Assembly: GCA_963827235.1 (NCBI GenBank)
Contig: CAWHAE010000009.1
Span: 800,001-864,000, forward strand
Reading direction: 5' to 3'
DNA length: 64,000 bases
Origin: an uncultured bacterium
GTDB taxonomy: Bacteria; Chloroflexota; UBA5177; JANWHV01
Shown here: piece after piece, positions 58,401-64,000 of the stretch
Position numbering within the stretch: position 1 is the first letter of the stretch
Layout: each line of letters starts with the position of its first letter
Translations under genes and position numbers: made by a program
Notes under the pieces: generated by a model
What the model saw: only the letters and a program-made list of their open reading frames with translations
What the model was told of the DNA's origin: nothing
Database searches by the model: none

Positions 58401-58765
58401 GTGGGCTGCAGCACTCGCAGTGAGCCGCCGCCGATATCGGCAATCTCGAGGAGCTCCCCGTCGGAGCGTACTTCGCGACGGCAGAGCGTCGGCACACCCG
58501 GCGTTCCGGCAAGATGTGCGAGAATCCGGGCCTCGGAGGTGAGTCGCGAGGGAGTGCCTCCGGAGGAAGGGGGAGACAGCACCTTGAGGATCACGTGTGC
58601 GCCGTCCACGCGCCGCTTTGCGGCGTACACCGACACGTTGCCACCGGCATACAACAATCTCTGGGCTTCGTACGGCTCAAACACGGGTCGCCCCCAGTCC
58701 GGCCGGCCTAAGGCGCCGGTGCTCACGAAGCACCGAGGGGCGCAGATCGCCGCCTGCGGCGCCAC
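52403..58765 (-). CDS. Giant Ser/Thr-kinase-like + AAA/STAND ATPase + GAF + PAS + HisKA + HATPase + REC protein (~2100 aa)
   Basis: DFG, YISPEQTGR, DLYSLG; LYGR, GYAGVGKS, FLDDLQW; GLLYLEN GAF; GVWEWD PAS; SHEIRTPL; LMDVVMP. True start may be GTG 58684. Confidence 0.93.
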   Translation of the reverse strand: MAPQAAICAPRCFVSTGALGRPDWGRPVFEPYEAQRLLYAGGNVSVYAAKRRVDGAHVILKVLSPPSSGGTPSRLTSEARILAHLAGTPGVPTLCRREVRSDGELLEIADIGGGSLRVLQPTPPYAILEFVDLALKVARVCAAIHGASVVHHEIMPENIVHNPETGATEIVDFGKASILSREKRSYLEPGIVKGWLAYISPEQTGRINRTVDWRTDLYSLGVTFYEMLTGRPPFTAGDAHELIYSHIARLPQPPHLLRPDVPVALSHIVLKLLAKNAADRYQSAAGLAADLERCRHSLSRVGYIADFALGQGDYSSTLTVPEKLYGRARELNELLAASAEVSTGRTELLLLAGYAGVGKSMLAHEIQGPITAYGGIFAECKFDQYRRDTPSGQMASSLRRLLRHVISLPEAELTEWRKDFASALGPQAAILVEALPELGLLLGLPGAVADWDVGDGKARFRHAFLQIIRVVARPAHPLVLFLDDLQWMDPLSLELVEMLLSEVDIGALLIIGAYRDNEVDAAHPALMAFSRLEHRGTTIRRLALSGLAEEDTTQLVADSLHCSAESARELAAHLVRATGGNPLFVRQLLHALEAERLLTFETADGRWHWDPEAIGQRVSLADNVVHLLVGRLHTLPVDQQHLIGVAACVGNSFDPSLVASLAGTDLDSAAASLATLVTKGFLHRVASGDRVEDVAFVFSHDRVQQAARTLLPESALGNFHLRIARRLEATGVVRTPDQLLAVVEHYIAGLAAADDAAERRHIAGLLLTAARNAIHGSTYTAAHRFASSALELLDAGAWDVAMQAECLSVLHTSLYGLGRLDEADPVYARYEALPIDVLGRTDTVCLQAMSLSNRTRFGEGVALGLRFLDQLGYHIDTENLETTLASELAQLDTWIAAGILDRPLELSGTRDPIAQAANKVMSRIRAPALFYMPHIAFALTLHMTNRAFAHGWSEVSLTTAYSAFIALVSLRDDYLTPRRLAERALPVTDDLPPSSDTGRQYHLYGLAICHWSRPLQEDIAYAHRARAVLLDHFDHEFACYATFAPQAALLDTAATLASLEDETAEALALGLHYENWHACSIALAFRQLTRALRGKTTAPGSFDDEEFDELEHLRTVKQNGMARAYYLIYRGLAAALFDQWSICLDLVEQARTLLPYIAGFYPTALHCFLHSYCLCRRMQEVALADGENASLSEQIAANQLWLSERALDAPANFLHLFKLVEAQRQADGGFEEAAMAFEECIALAEQQVRPWHLAFACQCAARFYRRRGIPVAAEAYERKAYGMFAAWGASALCRETAGGSQPRRRQDPEVLPEPGIFDLEAVMQASQVLAGELDLDSLVPKVMQIVLTTAGAGRAVLLRASEGDRLTAIGASDVDQSGARAVPLPDPAEVDLPRQILYLARRTGETVLLNDAHRDPQFSQEPYIRRERPQSILCIPITRGGRFTGLLYLENRLVGGAFTQERVRVLQALATHIAIAIENAELFRRSQDELAERKRIEERLVTLNENLSLATQVASIGVWEWDLRSDLTLWDDRMFALYAIPHAETLQHEQWQEMVHPEDLPHVLQALQNVVDGSTQSPYEFRIVRGDGSIRHVYAAAGCIRGADGHAVRLVGANLDVTQRVSDANELRLHKEQLEELVRVRTAELTIARDEARSANRAKSVFLANMSHEIRTPLNAIIGFSELMRGDGTLPAEILQYAETIHRSGAHLLELINDILDLAKVEAGRLSLESRPFDLLGLLADLETLTRGRAVAKGLSLSFVIAATVPRYVEADERRLRQVLLNLLGNAVKFTSAGGVVLRADAEPGDERTWLSLAIEDTGPGIAPAEQASVFQAFVQTSAGRMTGEGTGLGLSISHEFASLMDGELTLVSQLGRGSCFTLRVPVQRSEAAAVSVVEPVRITGLAQGQPEVRVLVVDDRETNRDLLRSLLSRIGFRVFEAASGQEGIERFAEVRPHVVLMDVVMPELDGREATRRIRALDTRVPILAVSASTLEDDVAGVLQSGANGFIRKPFQANEILTEIARLAGVRYSFEAEIAERLSRVPVSLSAAPESLRQRVRAAATALDRKALAAAIAEMEQIDAPLAEWLKQKAGDYAYQDILAADAEEAGLAGSEATGRKDGL

Positions 58766-59060
58766 GGGCCGCGCCGCGGCAACCGCGCGCCGCCTGGGGA
58801 AGGCGAGGCGACGGAGCGCTATGCTGAACTAACGGCGGCGATAGCTCGCACCGGACGAGCTCCATGCCAGTCCTTTTCTTCGCTTCAGGCCCGCACGTTG
58901 ACGCGCTCGAAGGGCATGCTGTCCGCCCTGCCTCAGGCCGAGACGGTGGCGCTGGGCGTGCTACGGCTCATTGTACGTTGCGGGCTACCCGGCGGATATC
59001 CCACGTTGAGCACATCGGTATGCCCGTGCGGCCCAGTGCCGTAGTGCTCGGAGGCGGCGT

Positions 59061-59477
59061 TCAGCCCGCGGTAGCCGTACGCAGTCGCCCTATGGGGCTA
59101 GCAGCATGCCGTGCTCGGCTATCGACAGGCCGAACAGCACGCAGCGTCTGTTCCACTTCGTCGGGCGGTTGTCCCAGCCACACGAACGCGTCCGCGCCGG
59201 CGGCGAGCGCTTCAGTCTCGATCTCCGAGCGCAGGCTGAGCACGGTCACCGCCAGATCGAGCCGTAGCGCGTGCAGCGTGCAAAGCGCGGACCGGCAATC
59301 GGGGCGGAGCATATCCCAGTCCACCAGCAGCAAGGCAGGTGGATCCGAGCGCACCTGTTCCCACAGGGCTGCGCAATCCTGGGCCTCGCCAAGCCGTTCC
59401 AGGCGCAGATGGTGACGCAGGAGCAGCCGCAGTGCCGATCGCACGTCCTCCTGCTTTACCGCTACCAATGCATCCAT
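59061..59477 (-). CDS. Single-domain, atypical response regulator receiver
   Basis: VRSALRLLL, PALLLVDW, VLS, ALAAGADAFV. Lacks the acidic pair and the conserved Lys. Confidence 0.75.
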   Translation of the reverse strand: MDALVAVKQEDVRSALRLLLRHHLRLERLGEAQDCAALWEQVRSDPPALLLVDWDMLRPDCRSALCTLHALRLDLAVTVLSLRSEIETEALAAGADAFVWLGQPPDEVEQTLRAVRPVDSRARHAASPIGRLRTATAG

Positions 59478-59518
59478 GCGCCAACCCTTCGCTTTCGGCC
59501 CGTAGGACCTCAGAATCT

Positions 59519-59610
59519 ACAGTACGCCTGCGCGGGCCGGCGGCCATCGACTGGTCAGGGGAATTCCCGCCTGACTGCCTGGCCTGATTTCGACCTGGCC
59601 GCTGGGAGAA
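59519..59610 (-). promoter_or_regulatory. Promoter module copy 1 (faces the receiver gene)
   Basis: 68-bp arm (59543-59610) ending in ATGGCC-17 nt-TACTGT. Confidence 0.6.
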
Positions 59611-59625
59611 GCAGGGCAGGCCCCG

Positions 59626-59722
59626 GGAGGAGGAGGCCGTCATCCCCCAGGAGGAGAGGTAGGAGGAGGAGGCCGTCATCCCCCAGGAGGAGGAAAAGTA
59701 AGAGGAAGAGGAAAAGTGGGAG
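59626..59722. repeat. Polypurine GGA-rich tandem repeat
   Basis: 31-nt unit GGAGGAGGAGGCCGTCATCCCCCAGGAGGAG at 59626 and 59662 (period 36); GAGGAAAAGT at 59690 and 59708; 14 GGA triplets. Confidence 0.9.
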
Positions 59723-59976
59723 GCAGAGAACAGGCGCTGCCGGCACCGGTATTCCGACCCGTAGCCCTCGCTGCATGTCGCGGAATGGGGCGGTGCTCGA
59801 CTGGAATGCTGCTTCGCACCGCCTCCCAGCGCTAAGGCCGGCTCGATCGAGTGACTGCGAACGTGGCGAGACGCTTGCCTCAACAGCCGCGGATGGTTGC
59901 ACGGAGCAGCCGGCCGTGCCGGGTGCCTACCTCCACCCGGCGGATAGTGACCCCCGCCACCTGACCGGTTCGCCGG

Positions 59977-60068
59977 TTCTTCCAGCGGCCAGGTCGAAAT
60001 CCGGTCATCCAGTCAAGTCGAAATTCCCCTGACCAGTCGATGGCTAGAGCGCCGCTCTCGCGTAATCT
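59977..60068 (+). promoter_or_regulatory. Promoter module copy 2 (inverted copy, faces the GAF/PAS kinase)
   Basis: 68-bp arm (59977-60044), 59/68 identical to the reverse complement of copy 1, ending in ATGGCT-17 nt-TAATCT. Confidence 0.6.
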
Positions 60069-60702
60069 AAATCCCGGACGAGTACCAGTACGGCTAGCGA
60101 GAGCTGCCAGGGCGCAGGAGAGCACACGCAGTGCAGAACCGGCCTGTGCTCACGGTCGAGCCCAATTATCGCCTGGTGAGCACTTTCGAGGGGCTCAGCG
60201 AGGCGCAACGTGCAATCTGTCCCGATGAGGGCACCAGCCGGAGCGAGTCCTCCATCCATTCGGGCGTGGATGGCGGGCACCACGTGCAGGTAGCACTCAT
60301 CCAGGTAGAGCGGGTGGCCCCTTCCCGCCGCCACCCGCTCCACCGACGTATCTCGCCCAGCCACTCGGATGAGACCGGCAGTATCGTTCGCCTGCCTCCT
60401 TCCCTACGCACCGTAGGCCGGGAAGCGTGACACACGTCAGTCGCTGGCGGCAGGTTCGTCCTGGACAGCGGAAAGACGGCTGCCCGGGTTCAGCAACCGC
60501 CACACACGTACTCTATGGCTAGTCCTCGCGCGCTCGTCCCGGCCGCGGGTCGCGCAAGCCAGCCTGGTGAAGGCACGTACTAGCTGTCGGCGAGTCGAGA
60601 AGACCCCCTCTTGGGCCACAGGCAGGGCTCCGGGACGGCGGTTGAAGGGTGACTATCGCCGTAAATTCGCAGGCAACTCAGCCCTATACCTGGTCGACCC
60701 AA

Positions 60703-63700
60703 ATGACCTCCAATGGAGAAGACTCGGCTTACTTCGGCGGGATCTGGGGGTCCATGAAGACCAGCACGACGCGCGCGGGACGCTTGTGCCAGTCCGTTCA
60801 ATCCTGGCGCACCGATGCTTACTCCTGGCTTGGCGCCGTGAGCCGGTGCATGTTGCGCGTGCGCGAGCCACGGGCGCTGTGCGAGGCGGTGTGCCGCCTT
60901 GCGGTCGAGCAAGGCGGCTTTCACATGGCCTGGATCGGGTTGCTGGATCCTGAGATCCACGCGATAACGGTTGCCGCGCAAGCGGGAGCGACTGTTGACC
61001 TGCCGCCGCTTCGTCTCGGCGTCACGGACGGCGGCAGCGGTGACCAGGATCCGATCGGCGCCCTTTTCGGCTTTGCTGAGCACGTGGTGGTGAATGACGT
61101 CGGCGCCGATTCCGGCGTGGACGTGTGGCATGAGATCGCCGTGCGAGCGGGCTGCCGCGCCTGCGTAGCCCTGCCACTGATCATCGCCGGCCGCGCACGC
61201 GGGGCGCTGAGCTTGTATGCCGCGGAGCCTGCTTGCTTCGACGACGATGCGCTGAGGCAGCTCGGCGAGATGGCGGCGGACCTCGGTCTCGCCCTGGAGC
61301 ACGCCGAACAAGAGCAGCGGCACCGCCAAGTGGAGAAGCAGCTCGCGCAGATGAAGCGTCTATACGCCACACTGAGCCAGGTGAATCAGATGATCGTGCG
61401 TGTCCGGGACCGCGACGCTCTGTTTCAAGGCATCTGCGACATTGCCACGAGGCACGGCGAGTTTGCCCTGGCCTGGATCGGGCTTCCGGTCGACGCAACC
61501 GGCGACCTCGTGCCGGTTGCGGCCAGCAGTCTGGATGTGACGAGCCGGCCGTTCTCACTCGTCAATAGCTGTGCAGGAGCCTTGAAAGACGAGCCGGCTG
61601 CGACGGCTTTGCGCACATCCCGTGTTGCAGTCACCGCGGACGTTCAGGGCGGGGCAAATGCTGAGCAGATGCGGAATCAGATTGGGAGCCTTGCCTACCA
61701 CGCCTCGGCAGCCGTCCCGTTTCATCTGAGAGGGAAGCCCGTGGGCGCGCTCACCCTGATCTCTCGCGAGATGGGGTTCTTCAGCTCCGATGAGGAAGTG
61801 CGTCTGCTCGAGGAGATGGGGCTGGACATCTCGTTTGCCCTGGACACGATCGAAGCTGAAGGAGACCGGAGAGCAGCCGAAGAGAAGCTGCGGGAGAGCG
61901 AGTGCCGGCTCAAGCGCTTCATCGAGCTGGCTCCCGCGGCCGTCGCTATGCTCGACCGCGACATGCGGTATATCGCGGCAAGCCGTCGCTGGCTTGCCGA
62001 CTACCGCCTGGCAGACGCGGACATCACCGGCCGCTCGCACTATGAGGTCTTCCCTGAGATCTCTGAGTCGTGGAAGGAGATCCACCGGCGCTGCCTGGCC
62101 GGAGCCGTGGAAAGAGCCACAGACGATCCCTTCCTGCGCGCGGACGGGACTCTGGACTGGGTGCGGTGGGAAGTCCATCCCTGGTATGAGATGCCCGGAG
62201 AGATAGGCGGCATCATCCTATACACCGAGGTGATCACCGGGCGTAGGCAGGCGGAGAAGGAGCTCCAGGCCAGTGAGGCGCACTACCGTACCCTGATCGA
62301 GTGCTCCAGCTCCGTGATTGCCACGATCGACATCGACGGCTACTTTCATTTCGGAAACGCTGTTGCTGCTTCCCAGCTTGGCTGCAGCCCAGGCGACATC
62401 GTCGGCAAGCACATGAGCGACTTCTTCGCGGCCGATGTCGCCGAGTACCATGTCCGCCAGATCCGCCGCGTGCTGGAATCCAACGAAGGGTTGATCGAAG
62501 AGTCGGAGACGGTTGTCAATGGACAACGACACTTCTACCTCAACAATATCCAGCCGATCCGGGACGCATCGGGACAGACCGCGCTGGCGATGCTGAACGC
62601 GCAGGACATTACCGACCTGAAGCGAGCGGAGGAGCAGCTTCGGCGAAGCGAGGAGCGCTTCCGCACGGTGTTCGAACAGGCACCGTTTGCCATGGCGATG
62701 TATACGCCGGACGGTGCTCAGCAGCGGGTCAACCGCGCTTGGGAGAACCTGTTGGGCGTGACGGCTGAGCAGTGGCGGACGTTCAACATTCTGGACGATA
62801 CACGAACCAGGACTACGCCGAACCTGCAGCAGGTCGAGCGAATCTTCGTCAACGGAGAGGCCGCTCCGCTGCTCCCGGAATTCTACGATCCTGGCGACCG
62901 TGGGCTGCCGGGCCGATCGCGCTGGATAGAGGGCTCGATGTATCCCGTGCGCGACGCGGCCGGCGCGCTGAGCGAGGTGGTTCTGATGCTGCGAGACATT
63001 ACCGAGGCCCGGCAAGCCGCGGCAACACGAGCTCGCCTGGCGGCAGTCGTGGAGACTTCAGAAGACGCGATAATCGGCATTACCGCCGACCGTATCATCG
63101 AGACATGGAACAGGGGTGCAACGCGTCTGCTGGGTTATGACGCCGCAGAAGCCGTCGGCCAACCGGTGACCATGCTCCTACCGCGCGAGCCCCACGCCGG
63201 CCTACCGCCAGGCATGCCTTTTCAGGAGTTGGGCGGTCATATCGCTCCTCTTGAAACCGAGCTCGTGCACAAGACTGGCAGCGCGGTCCTCGTATCGGTA
63301 ACAGTGGCACCATTGGTCGATGCGGACGGAGTCCCCGGAGCGGCGGCCATTGTCCGCGACATCAGCGCGCGGGTGCGCGCGCAAAAGATGCTGGAGAAGC
63401 GGGTGAAGGCGCGTACGCGGGAACTGGAGTCCCTGCTGGAGATCTCGCGTGTGGTGGCCTCCACCCTGGAGCTTGGGCCACTGATGGACTTGTTGCTCGA
63501 CCGCCTCCAGGAGCTGGTGGGGTACAAGACGGCGCGGATCATCTCGCTAGAGGGGTCCGGCGGCCCGCCCAAGCTGCTGGCCCTGCGCCACGGCGGCGCG
63601 ACCATGCCGCCGGCGGGCTTGGTCGATCACGTGCTGCCGTCACTGCGCGCGTTGGTCGCAGGCCGCAAGCCGGTATTCGTCGCCGATCTGCACCGGGACG

Positions 63701-64000
63701 AGAGGCCACTGGTGGCGGCGTTTCGCCGCGCGTTCGCCGAGCACAAGGGCTTCCTTCCGGCCGAGTACGTCTCGTGGATGATGCTGCCCTTGTTACTGGG
63801 AGACCGCGTGCTCGGGTTCATCACGCTCACGGACGACCGTCGCGGACGCTACTCGGCGCGAGACGCGGACCTGGGCGTGCTGCTGGCGAGTCAGGCCGCC
63901 GTGGCGATCGAGAATGCCACGTTGTACGCGCGGGCACGGGAGGTCGCCGTGCTGGAGGAACGCGGCCGCCTGGCGCGCGAGCTACACGACTCGGTGACCC
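60703..64000 (+). CDS. Cytoplasmic GAF-GAF-PAS(x4)-GAF HisKA_3 (NarX-type) sensor kinase, 3' end outside window
   Basis: Absent from the ORF track because the frame has no stop. From ATG 60703/60754 it reads FHMAWIG and FALAWIG (GAF), four PAS starts (APAAVAMLD, SSSVIATID, APFAMAMY, SEDAIIG) and ends LEERGRLARELHDSVT. Confidence 0.9.
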   Translation, partial: MTSNGEDSAYFGGIWGSMKTSTTRAGRLCQSVQSWRTDAYSWLGAVSRCMLRVREPRALCEAVCRLAVEQGGFHMAWIGLLDPEIHAITVAAQAGATVDLPPLRLGVTDGGSGDQDPIGALFGFAEHVVVNDVGADSGVDVWHEIAVRAGCRACVALPLIIAGRARGALSLYAAEPACFDDDALRQLGEMAADLGLALEHAEQEQRHRQVEKQLAQMKRLYATLSQVNQMIVRVRDRDALFQGICDIATRHGEFALAWIGLPVDATGDLVPVAASSLDVTSRPFSLVNSCAGALKDEPAATALRTSRVAVTADVQGGANAEQMRNQIGSLAYHASAAVPFHLRGKPVGALTLISREMGFFSSDEEVRLLEEMGLDISFALDTIEAEGDRRAAEEKLRESECRLKRFIELAPAAVAMLDRDMRYIAASRRWLADYRLADADITGRSHYEVFPEISESWKEIHRRCLAGAVERATDDPFLRADGTLDWVRWEVHPWYEMPGEIGGIILYTEVITGRRQAEKELQASEAHYRTLIECSSSVIATIDIDGYFHFGNAVAASQLGCSPGDIVGKHMSDFFAADVAEYHVRQIRRVLESNEGLIEESETVVNGQRHFYLNNIQPIRDASGQTALAMLNAQDITDLKRAEEQLRRSEERFRTVFEQAPFAMAMYTPDGAQQRVNRAWENLLGVTAEQWRTFNILDDTRTRTTPNLQQVERIFVNGEAAPLLPEFYDPGDRGLPGRSRWIEGSMYPVRDAAGALSEVVLMLRDITEARQAAATRARLAAVVETSEDAIIGITADRIIETWNRGATRLLGYDAAEAVGQPVTMLLPREPHAGLPPGMPFQELGGHIAPLETELVHKTGSAVLVSVTVAPLVDADGVPGAAAIVRDISARVRAQKMLEKRVKARTRELESLLEISRVVASTLELGPLMDLLLDRLQELVGYKTARIISLEGSGGPPKLLALRHGGATMPPAGLVDHVLPSLRALVAGRKPVFVADLHRDERPLVAAFRRAFAEHKGFLPAEYVSWMMLPLLLGDRVLGFITLTDDRRGRYSARDADLGVLLASQAAVAIENATLYARAREVAVLEERGRLARELHDSVT

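Noticed and set aside
59271-60032. Protamine-like RRRPSSPRRR ORF
   Set aside because: By-product of the GGA repeat; it uses runs of AGG codons and overlaps the receiver gene antisense.
1-64000. tRNA, rRNA, transposase, integrase or prophage genes
   Set aside because: None recognised by eye. A tRNAscan-SE, Infernal or ISEScan run is needed to exclude them formally.

Overview
GC-rich bacterial chromosomal window. A Chloroflexota-like lineage is inferred from gene content and order; no rRNA is present to confirm it. Contents in order: a partial STAND-TPR gene; three secreted or surface proteins; a clpS-MBL-PIG-L deacetylase cluster; a housekeeping block (gltX, rny, ymdB, galK) in which rny and ymdB carry four clustered +1 frameshifts, probably read errors; a complete Rrf2-sufCBDSU-Rieske-sufT Fe-S operon with a clear promoter and candidate operator; a TIR-STAND(NB-ARC-like)-TPR gene beside a leaderless vapBC-type pair; a secreted RCC1-propeller/trypsin-like protease fusion; small metabolic and envelope genes; an HTH/pseudo-cyclase STAND-TPR paralogue; an ABC exporter; and a ~14 kb signalling locus. 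That locus holds a pseudokinase-ATPase-GAF-PAS hybrid kinase, two REC-kinases, an atypical receiver and a GAF/PAS HisKA_3 kinase running off the end. Its divergent intergenic region contains an inverted duplicated promoter module around a GGA-rich repeat. I recognised no tRNA, rRNA, CRISPR array or transposase. Best candidates for new biology: the TIR-STAND-TPR/VapBC mini-island within a modular STAND-TPR family, and the duplicated promoter/GGA-repeat element. All calls come from reading motifs by eye; no searches were run.
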